From the NCBI GenBank assembly GCA_951406725.2, contig OX597838.1, forward strand, positions 868,001-932,000: 64,000 nt of DNA, given 5' to 3'. Shown piece after piece: positions 1 through 13,891 of the stretch (the first letter of the stretch is position 1; the number at the start of each line of letters is the position of its first letter). Under the pieces are notes generated by a model. The model ran no database searches and was not told the DNA's origin. It saw nothing but the letters and a program-made list of their open reading frames with translations. The translations under genes and the position numbers were made by a program. The DNA comes from Octopus vulgaris (Eukaryota).

Positions 1-239
1 CGTTTGTGTCCATTTTGTTTTCTGTTCAGTCGATATTTTTCTGTCCTTTATCTTCCTTTATCTCAATGTCCACTTTATATGTTATATCTTACAGAAATGA
101 TTAAATAAGTTCTAGATGTGTACTAGAGTTGGTAGAATCGACCTTTAAAAGTTGTGCTGCGCCATGACCGAAGTTCAATGACTGAAACCAGTAAAAGAGG
201 AATATAAGCAGTTGTGATATGGCGGTTGCGGTAGTGGTA

Positions 240-468
240 TAGTGGTGGTGGTGGCGGTGATGATGGTCATAGTTATAGTGGTGGTAGTGCAAGCGCTTTT
301 GACGAGAATAGTAATGAGGGCCGTGGCGGTGATGGTGAAAGTAGAAATGGTGTTAATAATGGTGACGATGGTGGTGGTGGTGGTGGTGGTGGTGGTGGTG
401 GTGGTGGTAATGATGATAACTGATTGTGGTGACAGGAATGGTTGGTAATGGTTATGATGGTGGTGACG

Positions 469-513
<45 letters not shown>

Positions 514-600
514 ATGAGATAATATCAATGATGGGGATAGTAGTGGTGCCTAAAGTGGTGCTGGTGTACGTAATGGTAGGAGTGGTGGTGGTGGTGGGGA
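240..600. repeat. Compound (GGT)n/(AGT)n/(GAT)n trinucleotide low-complexity tract
   Basis: Directly visible; explains the poly-V/T/S/Y ORFs. Similar tracts at ~3650-3960, 5335-5500, 30100-30230, 33455-33575, 36530-36680, 43220-43330 and 63845-64000. Confidence 0.95.
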
Positions 601-879
601 TAATTAAGTAATGAAGAAGGAAGTAGTGGAGAAGGGGGGAGGTAGGGAAGGAAATTAATCAATGACTGGTGTGGAGGGGAGTGAGGGGGGAGGATGAGGG
701 TGGGGGAGGCGGCCATGAATGATTTCAAATGTCAGCAGCAGATATAAATATTTTAACGCAAACACATACATACATGGTTATACACACACACACATATATA
801 CATGTGAACGAGTATGTATATGCGTGTGTCTGTGTATGCCTATGTTCATATGCATATGTGTATATATATATGTGTGTGT

Positions 880-956
880 GTGTGTATGTGTGTGTGTGTG
901 TGTGTATAAAACTATGGGTGTATATATCTGTGTGTGTGTGTATAAAACTATGCGTG

Positions 957-987
<31 letters not shown>

Positions 988-1022
988 ATAAAACTATGCG
1001 TGTATATATCTGTGTGTGTGTG
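880..1022. repeat. Compound minisatellite, 3 units of (TG)n-TATAAAACTATG(G/C)GTG(TA)n
   Basis: TATAAAACTATG recurs three times between (TG)n runs. Confidence 0.85.
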
Positions 1023-1925
1023 TCTTTGTACCTGCGCATATGTATATGGAGTCAACGTGAAAGAGAGAATTGTAATATGAAATTACGATGTGAATTTATC
1101 GGACGTCCATCTTTAGCCTCGTTCTGAAAAACATACTGTCGTCATATTTCTCTCTGTGGACAGAAAACTGAGATCGGCTTAACTAGTTTGAGTGGTTTAC
1201 ACAGTCTCATCTCTCAATCGTGGGCCATACGAAGGAATTAATAGACGAGCAACTATAAAGCAACTTTTGTGTTGTTAAATCGAGATGTAAAGTAAACTTA
1301 CAGGTATGAGGTTTTAGTAAACACACGCTTTTACCCTTAAAGGCAACGATTCTTCTCTGGGTGGGAATAGAAAATAAAGGAGACCAGTTAACTGAAGTAT
1401 CTACTTATTAAACATGACTTTATGTGGTTGAATATCCCGCAGCATGTGTAGCTATAATGTAATTCTTAGAGAGAATGAGAGTAACACAGTGTTGTCCTTT
1501 TAAAGTACGAACACAATTTATCAGCTGGATTCTTCAGTCTGTCCACCCAGTAGTTTTCACAAAACCAAGATGAAAAGTATGTTAGCATTAAGGCAAAATT
1601 TTTCTGGCTTTCCATATTTCTTTCATTATTTCAGCCTTGACAAAGTAATTTCTCCGAAACGTCAGAAATTCCAATCATCAAGACAATATTAGTTTTCACT
1701 TTCTGTCACTTTTTACACAAACACACGTGCGCGTGCATACAAACATACCCACATATACATACATATCATAAATATATGTATGTTTGAATGAATATATGCA
1801 TGCAAATATGTGTACGCACATATTCATGTACGTATGTGTATATGTAGATATGTCTATATATGCACGCATGTATGATGTATGCATTAATGAATATATGCAT
1901 TCATATGTGCGTGTATGCATGCGTG

Positions 1926-1986
<61 letters not shown>

Positions 1987-2565
1987 ACTTCCATGTATGC
2001 TTGCATGCATGTATGGATTTGTATTTTTTATTTCTGAAAGGAATTTTAGAGTTTAACATGACACCGGCCTCGATGTTCCAGATATTGTTATCATCTGATG
2101 TGCATTAATTATGGACCTGCGGTCTTTCTCCGGGACTCCAAGTTACAACACAGACCGGCTGGCACTTATCCTGTCGCTCCGATAATAACAGAAATAAAAC
2201 TGGAATCATATCCCAGACTCTGCCGCTTCAGGCTTCTCTTCAATGGTCCATAGATGTATTCTTTCCATTTCCTGACCACAATAGTGTCAAGTGACCAGTT
2301 AATCTCCATAAAAGAGCACATCTTTATTTTGTGGCCCAAACAAGAAGACCAAGTCGGACGGGGAGGATATTCATTGAGTTCTCTTGGTTTTTTAGGGGTG
2401 GGGGGTCTTTTTTATTTTGAGTTCCGCCAATATTCTTTTGATCCTTCGGTTGCAACGTATTCATCCTTATTTGTAGGGATGGATGGATGTGTTTGTGTAT
2501 GTATGTGTAAGTACGTATACATGTATGCGTGAATGGATGGAGAGATATGTATAAGTATTTGTGTG

Positions 2566-2603
<38 letters not shown>

Positions 2604-2704
2604 AGTATGTGTTTATGTATTTACGTGTTCGTATAAGCATGTATCTATCACTGCACGTGCACAGTGTCTATGCCTGTGTGTAAATATTTGTGTATGTGCT
2701 TCGT

Positions 2705-2800
2705 CTACGCATGTATATGCATGTATGCGTCTGTGTATGCATGTATGTGCATGTATGCGTCTGTGTATGCATGTATGTGCATGTATGCGTCTGTGTATGT
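2705..2800. repeat. 30-bp tandem repeat (GCATGTATGTGCATGTATGCGTCTGTGTAT), ~3 copies
   Basis: Visible in sequence; the ORF translation repeats MRLCMHVCAC. Confidence 0.85.
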
Positions 2801-2888
2801 GTGTATGTTTGAATACTTATAAATGTCAAAGGAGGAATTTGTGCATATTATATTTGTTTGTATTGATGCGTGCAAAAGCGCCTTCGCT

Positions 2889-2939
<51 letters not shown>

Positions 2940-3150
2940 CGTGCACATGCATGTGTCTCTATATCTGTATGGTTCTATGAGAGTGTATATGAAGGTTGTT
3001 GTGGTAGAAGCGCACGTGCCGTCGCCCTCACCCCGCTCCTCCACTCAGCCGCTAATAGCCATCTATCTATATTAAAACACACATCCACCGCCACCCAAGC
3101 ACACACACACCACGGCAACTGACTATCGTCTTATGCACACACACACACGG

Positions 3151-3192
<42 letters not shown>

Positions 3193-4016
3193 GCACATAC
3201 ACATACACACACACGGGCACATACACATACACACACACAACCGCCCAATCTTGTAAACGAGAAATTTGCCAGCATACATGCGCTTGTGCAAGCGTGTCTA
3301 TATGTGTGTGTGTGTCTGTATGTGTTTGTGTGCGTGTGCGCTGTGTGTATGTATACGTATATATATAAATAAATATATATGTATGTATGCATGTATGTAT
3401 AAGCTCACACACACGCACACGCGCACTATTTAATATGGCTAATGCTTTGCGGCTAAATAGACAAGAGAAGGTCTAGGCATCACGACTCTACGACAATAGA
3501 AGGGGAGAAGGCAGAGATGAATGGATAAGGGAGGAGGAGAGACAGAGGGTGACTGGAGGGATGGGGGGTGGAGGGGATGGCTGTTACAGCGGCGACGGGG
3601 CGGGGGAATGGCGGTGGGGAGGTTCTTCTACTGAAGTTAGTAGAAGTGTTGTTGTTATTGTTGTTGGTGGTGATGGTGGTGGTGGTGGTGTTGATGGTGG
3701 ACATGGTGATGGCAGCGGTAGTGATGGTGATGGTGGTGGTGATGGTAGTGTCGGTGGTGGCGGGTGGTGGTGGGTGGTGGGGGTCGATGGCTTTTGTAAA
3801 CTGAACATCACTTCGTACTTTACATGATTGTACAATCTTTAAATTGTTCTCATGATTGTTGTTGTTGCTGTTGTGATAATAGTGGTGGTGGCGGTGATGG
3901 GGCTGATAGTGTTGTTAATGATGGTGATGATGATGGTCGCGGCGGCGGAGGCGGTGGTGGTGAAGAAATATTGCTACACACACACTCCATATCATTCTAG
4001 TCAACCAAATACGCGT

Positions 4017-4099
<83 letters not shown>

Positions 4100-4993
4100 T
4101 ACACACACACACACAAACAAACACAAACATACACACACACACACACACATGATGGTAGCGGAGTATTGTCATATCCATTATAGTTGTCCAACTAAACACA
4201 GTCAAGAAAGGCTTCTGTGGGCTGGGGGTGCTCAGGGGCGTCAGCTGCATAAAATACAAACAGTAGAGTAGGCACTTAATGTAACGAGGATGTAGATTGT
4301 TTCAATTAATTATAATTACATCTATCTTTAATGACTAATTCTGATGAAGAAAGGCAGGGGAGACCACCCGTCCTCGCTCCATAATTTAAAATAAAAGGAA
4401 TTTTTATAGGGGATAAAACTTATGGTTGACAGCATAGGGATAACTCTGATAGTGTTTCGGCTTTACTGACACACATCAGGAAAAGTGCCTGTGACTGCCA
4501 CATCTGAGAGTCAGTTGAGAGTTATATTATAGTATTAAACCTTCAGTAATGTTGTGACGTCATACAACAACGGATGAATATAACAAAGATGTTAACATAA
4601 TTAATCATCAAAGGTTTAATCGGAAGTAATTAACATTTTGGTTCATTATATTAATATAAATCACATACGCGTGCTCATTAGTTTCATGTAGCATCTACAA
4701 AGATGAAGCGCAATCTTATTTAGGAAAAGTTTTATGTAAATACTTTCCCCAATAAAATAGCGGAGAGCGTTGCATCAGGGAGCAAGAACTAAGCTGACGA
4801 TGTCCATGGCGTAATTCCTTTTCCTCTGTCACTTTGATTTCTTATCACAACTCTGTACTCGACTGACGTTTTCTTGTGAAGCATGAAGGATATGCATAGC
4901 GAGTTATAACGCTATACCTAAGCCTAATAACAACAACAACAACAATAATGATAATAATCTAATATAAGATTGAGCGTAGTGTTTTTATATATT

Positions 4994-5051
<58 letters not shown>

Positions 5052-5351
5052 TGTATATATACATATATATATATATGAGTGCATATATATATATATATAT
5101 ATATTTGTCCAGAATCACGGTGGCCGCGGAAGAGGAGAGAAAATAGTAATTCAGTGAAGGAGAAGTAGTGAGAGTAATAGCTCTGACTGAGAAGGAGTGA
5201 GAGAAAGTAATAGCAATGAGAAAAAGGAAAGGGTGATAGATGAATAAGGAAGGCAGGGGTGAAAAAAAATCAGTGTTTCAACTCTGTGTGAGTACAAGTG
5301 TGCATGTGTGTGCGTGTACAAGGGAAGTATGTGAATGATTATTATTATTAT

Positions 5352-5424
<73 letters not shown>

Positions 5425-6249
5425 TATGGAGGTGTTTATGCTGGTAGAGGTGGTAGTGGCGATGGTCATGATGATGATGATGATGATGATAGTTGTGGTA
5501 TTAATGATGTCACCAGCCTTTCTGCTAAAGTCAGTGCTGGGTCTGTTCTTACATCCGATTGTCATCTCAATGTAGCTTCTTTTCTTAACATCTTCCACTG
5601 TCTCTCTCCCTCCGTCCACTCCCGCCTCTCCTTCTTCTCTCCTCTTTCCATCACTCCTACTATCATTGTCTCCGCCACTCCCACCTCCCCTATGTCCCCC
5701 TACATTCTTTACACAGTTTATCACTTCTCCTCCACCGTCTAACCTACACACCACACCACATCAAACTTCTACTCTAAACCACCACCACCACCACCACCAC
5801 CACCACAACCAATTCTACATCCCCACCCTCGTTCCACCAGAATGTTTCATAACCATTCTTTACGATCTATTGTTGTTAATTTATTCTTTCTTGCATCCAG
5901 AACTTTCTTGAATGGCGATCAATTCATTCCAACACGTCCCAGATAGTAATACGCATGCGCACACATTCTGCTCTGCAGTATGACCAACCCAAAATGATTT
6001 CTATAGAGATTATTGAAGTCCACAGATTCCTGCACAGACATATCTATCTATCGATCGATCTATGTTCCTGGCTAGCTGACTCTGTGTGTGTGTCTGTCTG
6101 TCCGTCTGTTTGTCTATCTGTCTGCAAGTATGAATATATGTATGCATGTATCCACGTGTGTGTGTTTATTGAAAAATGAGAATCCCCCCCCCCAGCAACC
6201 TCCATATCAATTCTAATCCGACATTGAACACCGAAATGAATGGATTGAT

Positions 6250-6810
6250 TGGAATTGATATTTTGTATTCTTGAAGAAATATTCATATTATTCCTCTCCA
6301 AAATGGTCTTCGGCTGATCTTTAAACCACTTCTTTGGTCTTCCGACCACACAATGACCAAAGAATGTAGTTGACCACAAAGAAGGGAGACTTGAGTCAGA
6401 CATGAGCACTAAATGCCCAGACCATCTCAGAAAGTGACTGCACAGCGTGGATTCAAGGGCTTCGATTTGTCGGAAGAATTCGCCTCTTGTGAACCTTTCT
6501 CGCCAGGTGACGCTGACCGTCAAAGACTTACAGGATGTTAATGTTTGGCTGGACGCGATCGAGCTTCAGCAGCCACAGACAAGAGAAAAGACTCAAAGGG
6601 TCCAGAAAATAAGGAGTTTGTTGGGGTGATTGAGATAAGGAAAGGTTCTCTTTCTGAGTTCGCCAAACGATTCACAGACCGAGCTGCAGCAGTTTGGAAT
6701 CCCTTTGTTCAATGTGCAGTCATTGGAATTGATTTTGACTCGATATCATTCTGCAACAACTGCCCATTGCTGCTGCATCAGATGAATCATGCCATCACTA
6801 TGGTACACCA
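6250..6810 (-). mobile_element. Decayed RTE-clade LINE, 3' part of ORF
   Basis: Minus ORF has LRWSGHLVLMSDSSLP...GRPKKWFKDQ, matching the RTE C-terminal LRWAGHxxRM...GRPKKRxKD motif; stops and frameshifts upstream. Confidence 0.8.
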
Positions 6811-6849
6811 AATATCTACACACACACGCACACACACACACACACAGGT

Positions 6850-6894
<45 letters not shown>

Positions 6895-7358
6895 CACGTA
6901 CGTGTACGTACACTCGAACATAGATATAGGGGAGATATTAAAGGAGTACTAATCACTCCCTACACTTACCCCCATCGTGGGCCAGGGACCGGAAGTATTT
7001 GAAATACCAGCCTAATATCCGATAAAAGTTTCTCTCTTGTAGAAATGCCGCTACTCCACCACCACCACCACCACCACCACCACCACCATCAAAACCAACT
7101 CTAATACCACTAAACCAGTGTGACAAATATTACCCCTATCACTACTACCATCACCACTACACCCCAAACACTACCTCACCACCACCAGTCTTATTAATAT
7201 CCCCGCCAACGTCACCATCATTACCATTTGCATCACCGCCATCACCAGCACCAGCCCCGCAACCGCCGCCGCCGCCGCCATTATACGAGGCTAACACTAT
7301 CAACAAAACCAGCAGCGCCATCACGAGGAACGGGTCAAACGTTGGAGCCGCCATTAGT

Positions 7359-7428
7359 TTATGCTAATTAACTTAATTAGCATAAGCGAATCCAACTGGA
7401 AATTTGAGAGGTCAAACTCATTGACCTC
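7359..7428. promoter_or_regulatory. Candidate enhancer: 13-bp-arm palindrome plus inverted AGGTCA half-sites
   Basis: TTATGCTAATTAA-C-TTAATTAGCATAA (7359-7385) and GAGGTCAA-ACTCA-TTGACCTC (7408-7428). Confidence 0.4.
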
Positions 7429-7498
7429 AGTTCTTTTGATCTGGGATCGAAACAGAAACCGCGTTTATCGATATTCATACAGAAGTGGATACATATAT

Positions 7499-7575
<77 letters not shown>

Positions 7576-7793
7576 CATGCATAGATATATATACATATGC
7601 ATATATACACACGTATATATATGCATACATATATACGAGTGTGTATTATATATTTATATATGTGTGAGTATTCATATATGCATACACGAACGTATACATG
7701 TATTATACAAACATACATATAAACACACACATATATACAAACATCAATGTGTGTGTATGCATATATATATATACACATACATATACATACATA

Positions 7794-7829
<36 letters not shown>

Positions 7830-7838
7830 CATACATAT

Positions 7839-7924
7839 CCCAACCACATTGTTCCGGGTTCAGTACCACTGCGTGGCATTTGGGCAAGAGACTTCTACTA
7901 CAGCTTTGGGCCGACAAAAGCCTT
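7839..7924 (+). mobile_element. SINE family A fragment (tRNA-derived, CORE-like)
   Basis: CAACCACATTGTTCCGGGTTCAGTACCACTGCGTGGCATTTGGGCAAG... matches the other family A copies in the window. Confidence 0.85.
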
Positions 7925-7957
7925 CTATCTATCAATCGTTCTCTCTCCTTCTCTCTC

Positions 7958-8005
<48 letters not shown>

Positions 8006-8009
<4 letters not shown>

Positions 8010-8246
8010 ATTGCTATTATGCAAAAGTGTCGTAAGTCCAAAACGTTGCTTTTTCAGAAAACAAAAAAAAAATAGTTTCACTATTGCATTTCTTTTTACA
8101 TTAGCAAAACCGTTGTTCTGCATCTTGGCATCAGAAGCAGCTGGAGATACGATAGTTTGACCAAAAGAACCGGCTATTGCAAGCAAGAAATAAATGTTGA
8201 AAAAAATGCATTGGACATACGACAGTTTAACATAATAGCAGCGATA
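8006..8246. mobile_element. MITE, ~240 bp, TIR TATCGTTGCTATTATG-like, copy 1
   Basis: Ends are inverted repeats; the reverse complement matches 52406-52660; flanked by TA. Confidence 0.8.
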
Positions 8247-8401
8247 TGTTTGCATGTATACACATATATACATACATACATACATACATACATACATACA
8301 TACATACATACATAAATACATACATAAATACATACATATATATATATATGTATATACACGCACACAAATATATTTATGTATATGTAATATATATATATAT
8401 G

Positions 8402-8454
<53 letters not shown>

Positions 8455-9174
8455 GTATGTATGTATGTATGGATGGATGGATGGATGGATGGATGGATGG
8501 ATGGATGGATGGATGGATGGATGGATGTATACACACACACGCGCGCGCACACGCACGTGTGTCTTGTAATGTTTTCATTAGTTGAAAGATCATCAATCCC
8601 TACAGAACGGTAAATCGATAGAATTATTTGAGGATCGGACGAGATGTCTTTTGCCATTTATTCCGGTTGTGTAAGTGGTGGCCTTAATCCATCTCCCACT
8701 TTACCACCTCCAGCCTGTCTTTCGATGTCTTTATTCCAATTAGAAGGATTCGCTTCGAGTCTCTGGTTTTAGGCTGTATGTTTCCATTCCTCTCCCGAGT
8801 CTCGAGATCCCTAAATAAAATAATGACCGTGATCCTTTAACACCCTGACCAACCGCCATTAAATCCCTAACTCCCTGCCCAAGCAATCAAAACATAACGT
8901 TCTTAAGATCGCCATTTCCATTAAATAAGTCTTGGCGTTCACGCTGACGATGATTAAATGTTTGTCTCATCGATATCTGCCACATTGATGACGTCATCCG
9001 ATGCATTCCAATACAAACAGCAACAATGGATCGATTCTTGTGTTGTCTCAATATATACTTGCAGAAATAATTGGGGGCGAAGTGTATACACACGCATATA
9101 TATACATATATATACATATGTGTGCGTGTGTGTGTGTGTGTGAGTGTGCGTGTGTGTACGTGTATATACATGTG

Positions 9175-10041
9175 TACGAGGTGAATTCTCGATGTTTTTA
9201 GATTTTTTTTAGGGGAGTCAGTTATAAGTATTCTAGATTATTGTAATTTCAGTAAATCATCGCCATACATCTAATAAGCTGACCTGCCACCTTTAGTTAT
9301 TCCAGATTGAATGAGACGGATGCAACAGCACTTTGAAGCCACTCTCTCCTAAACGTTGCTTATCACAGCTGACCAGTTTGCGGGATGCAGTCGGGATGTT
9401 TGGAAGATCGATATTCAAGAACGGTTTTTGTTAAACTGGATTTAAAAAAACCTTACAGAATCTAATGGAATGCTTCAGACTTCTTCTGGATTGACTCTTT
9501 TACTTGGCACAACAGGTTAAAAAATGGCAGAGAGGAAGTGAGAGATGATGAGAGAAGGGGGAAGGGAAGAGATGTCAGAATGTCAAAGGTAGTTGAGAAA
9601 ATTCACAATTTTATCGATGATGACCGTCACGAGTCTGAAAAGATAACAAGTTCACAGCTTCACGTTGCTCTGGTCACTCTACACCACATGAAGAATTATT
9701 CACGAAGATTTCAACATGCGCCAAATTTGTGCAAAGTTTGTTCTCAGGGTGCTGAGTCAAACATCCGAGTATTCAACTGCTTGACAGAAATTAGTATCAA
9801 AACTGACTCTCACAGAACTTGCTTCCTGAAACTTGGTTATTGTCCAAGATGAAGGAGAACTTCAAGGGTAATTGTTTCGAAGATGAAGGACATTCTGACA
9901 AAGATCCTGACTTCCATGGGGCCTTCAGGAAGTGTCTGGAGTGCTACAAAGTCAGAATATTCATACTTTGAAGTTTTTGTACGTCTTTGAAATTAATAAA
10001 TGTCTCTCCTGAAAAAGTCTCAAATGTTCTGGAATTTACCC

Positions 10042-10045
<4 letters not shown>
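9175..10045 (+). mobile_element. Decayed, internally deleted mariner transposon
   Basis: Ends TACGAGGTGAATTCTCGA / TTCTGGAATTTACCCAGTA are imperfect TIRs with TA. Internal translation includes WHNRLKNGREEVRDDERRG (mariner HTH region) and KMKENFKGNCFED. Confidence 0.8.
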
Positions 10046-10123
<78 letters not shown>

Positions 10124-10278
10124 TATATGTATGTATACATGACCTCAGTCGCACACTGGCCGTGTCTGTCCGCAGCTTACAGCGTTTCTTCAAGTTATTC
10201 CAACCATTTCTTCTTACTTTCCAATTAATTTTACTGAAAATAACAATTTAAAAAAAAACCTCTTCAGACATCATAATC

Positions 10279-10348
10279 CAAAATAAAGACAATCATTTTG
10301 TTTAATTAAAAGCCAAAATAAAGACAATCATTTTGTTTAATTAAAAGC
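10279..10348. repeat. Tandem duplication of ~34 bp (CAAAATAAAGACAATCATTTTGTTTAATTAAAAG)
   Basis: Two adjacent copies visible. Confidence 0.85.
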
Positions 10349-10911
10349 AATGACTTCGGCTATTGTAACAAATGGCGATGCGCGAAGGAGGGAAATTTCC
10401 AGAATGACCAAAGCTATTATTTGTTGTGGCTTTGTCGGACGTGGGAGAGCAATATCCTAGCGTTTGTAAGGAAGTCAAAGAGCAAATATCCTGATTTATT
10501 AGATATGGCCCAACCACCCGTTTTCCACCCTTTTCCTGTTTCCCCACCCACTTAAAGTTTTGGTCGATCCAAGGATTAAATGATAGCAGATACGTTCCTA
10601 TGATGCTGTAAAGTGGGCTTGAACTAGAAATCATGGGATAGTGAAACTGGTTTACTAACCATACGGACAATATAACAAAGAGCACAAACCGGACCATTCT
10701 TATACAATTCTCTGTTAATGTTTAATAACGAAGTTTAAAGATTCTTAATTCCTCACAACGGAATCGAAGATATCGTCTGGCCACCAAAGTATTCTGTCAA
10801 CAACTTGGAAAGAATTTAGAAACTTTATTTCATCGACTGGAAACCTTTGCATCAGATTCTTTACCCGGAACCGTGTGTGTGTGTGCGTGCGCACGCGCGT
10901 ATATAAATATA

Positions 10912-10929
10912 GATAGATACATAGATAGG

Positions 10930-11027
<98 letters not shown>
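10912..11027. repeat. (GATA)n microsatellite
   Basis: Visible; similar tracts at 13193-13385, 45480-45607, 46200-46352 and 61935-62100. Confidence 0.95.
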
Positions 11028-11028
<1 letters not shown>

Positions 11029-11125
11029 GCATGCGTGCATGTCTGCATGTACATAGGCATGTCTATAAACGTATGTAGATGTACTTATACGTATATGTAT
11101 ATACACATATATATATATACGTATG

Positions 11126-11166
<41 letters not shown>

Positions 11167-12077
11167 TTATATATGTATATATATATACGTATGTATGTAT
11201 ATATATTTATACATATATGTGTCTATATACATGTATATTCATATATGTATGTATGAATGTGTGACTATGTATATATGTGGCTATCCAACAGAAAATATGT
11301 AAACCTCCTGCCCCCCCCCCCATTTCCCATGCATTAACAATAACAACAAATCACCAATAACAACAATAAGCAGCCATTACTAATAATATAATATGGAGAT
11401 GTGTTCGGGGTGTGACCACTTCCTGTCCATAGCTGGCAGGGGGAGGGGAATAGGGGGTGGGGGAGGGGGCTGTCGATTGCTGCAAGTAGTAACGATAAAG
11501 ATAAGATCAAGCCTCGCTTCGAGATACGGGCAGTAGCCATGTTTAATCTAAAATGGCGGAAATTGGGATGACTAAGAACAATGGGAGGCATGGAGAGAAC
11601 AACAACAACAACAACAATAATAATAATGAAGATATTGATGAACAAGATGGCGGCGACCGGGGAGGGGGAAATAATCAAACAAACAAACTTGTAGGCTAAC
11701 TATAATCATGGGAACAGCAATAAAAAAATGATGGCGGTTCCAGTAAAAGACGGAGGGAGAGAGAGAGAGAGAGAGAGAGGTTGGGGAGGATGGCGGAGGA
11801 GTGGGCGAAGGAAGAAGAGGAGGGGGAGGAAAAAAAGACAAAGAGTCGTTGGTGGAATGGTTGCATAAAGAAATATGGATTTGTAGAATTTGGTAGATAT
11901 GAAAGAGATAAGAAGGATTTAGGAGATTAATGTGTGTAAAGATGATATCTGGTCTTGGTGGGCGTAACACATCTAAATGCGTCTGTATGTGTGTGAGCGT
12001 ACTCATACGTACACAAATTATGTGTGCTCATGCTTAAATGCGTATGCATGCATGTATATACATATATATATATATAT

Positions 12078-12160
<83 letters not shown>

Positions 12161-12248
12161 CATATATACATATGTATAGATATGGAAAGAGTGTACCGGT
12201 GGTATGTAATTCATATCTATAATGTATATGATATTGAATATTTATGGC

Positions 12249-12290
<42 letters not shown>

Positions 12291-12589
12291 TTGTGTGTAT
12301 GCGTTTGTATGTATATAGCTATACATGTATATGTATATACATATATATATATATACATACACACACACATATATATAGATATAGATATAGATATATATAC
12401 AGACATATGTGAATGTTTATACATATAAGCATACGTATATAGAGAACGATATGAGTATGTTCGTGTGTGTGTGTGTGTATGTGTGAGATATCTAAAAGTT
12501 CTCTATGTAATGGTATCTACATCTATGTATCTATGTATAAAATTTATGGGTGGGTATGAATTTGTGTGTGTTTATGTTTGTCTGTGTGC

Positions 12590-12653
<64 letters not shown>

Positions 12654-13148
12654 GTGTTTTTAAATGTTCTCTATGTAACTGTATCTACATCTATGTCTCT
12701 ATCTCTGAAGGATATATATATATACACACACACATACACACATATATGCACATGCACACATATTGGTATGTGTGTGTGTGTGTGTGTGTGTGTAAATGCA
12801 TGCTTGTCCTATGTGTACAGCACGATACTCGTATTTAGTATTGCTTCTATAACGGCAGCGCGTCTTTGCTTATATTGTGGTATAGAGGAATAATTCACGT
12901 GAATAGATTGACACAAAGATATATATATATACGAGCCTGATGAATTATAAGGGACAAGAAGACAGAGAGAGCGAGGGAAAGAGAAGAAGGGAGAGAAAGA
13001 GAGAGAGAGATGAACACACACACACACACACATACACACACACACACACACATACACACACACACACACAGATGTTATGTAGTAAGAGTGACAATGTTTG
13101 ATATTAAATATACACTCACTCTTCTCCCTCACTCTCTTTCTCTCTCTC

Positions 13149-13232
<84 letters not shown>

Positions 13233-13308
13233 ATAGACAGACAGACAGACAGATACCTAGATAGATAGATAGACAGACAGACAGATAGATAGATAGATAT
13301 ATATATAT

Positions 13309-13379
<71 letters not shown>

Positions 13380-13805
13380 GATAGATGTGCGTGTGTGTGT
13401 GAAGTGAGAGAAAAGCATATTTAGAATATGACGTGGTTAAACTACGAAGTATGTGATTTAATTAGTTTAGATGCGTGTGAGAGAGAGGGGGAGGGGGAGG
13501 GAGAAGGAGATATGGAGAGAGGGGGAAGGGTGGGAGGGAGGGAGACAGCATATTTGTAATTCTGGTTTCAAATACTTTCGCGGGGACTTGGTGTCCACCC
13601 CCGAGAAGGGATATGTAAATATACCAACTAAAACATCAATAATTCGCCCCTCTGCTGTCCCTGTTTCGGGTAATTCCACCCGTATATGTGGTCTGTCAGT
13701 CGGAGTGTGCTAGAACATGATATATTTCTCTCTAGAATTTACACAACATCGAGTTATTGCATCAACACTGTGACTGATGGAACGTTACACACACACACAC
13801 ATGTG

Positions 13806-13890
<85 letters not shown>

Positions 13891-13891
13891 A

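Noticed and set aside
1635-1665. CTTGACAAAG...CCGAAACGTCAG and similar 16330-16362 (-) hammerhead-like relics
   Set aside because: Multiple core mismatches; probably pLTR debris but not supportable individually.
880-3235. Spaced repeats suggestive of a CRISPR array
   Set aside because: Spacers are microsatellite, the context is eukaryotic, and there are no cas genes.
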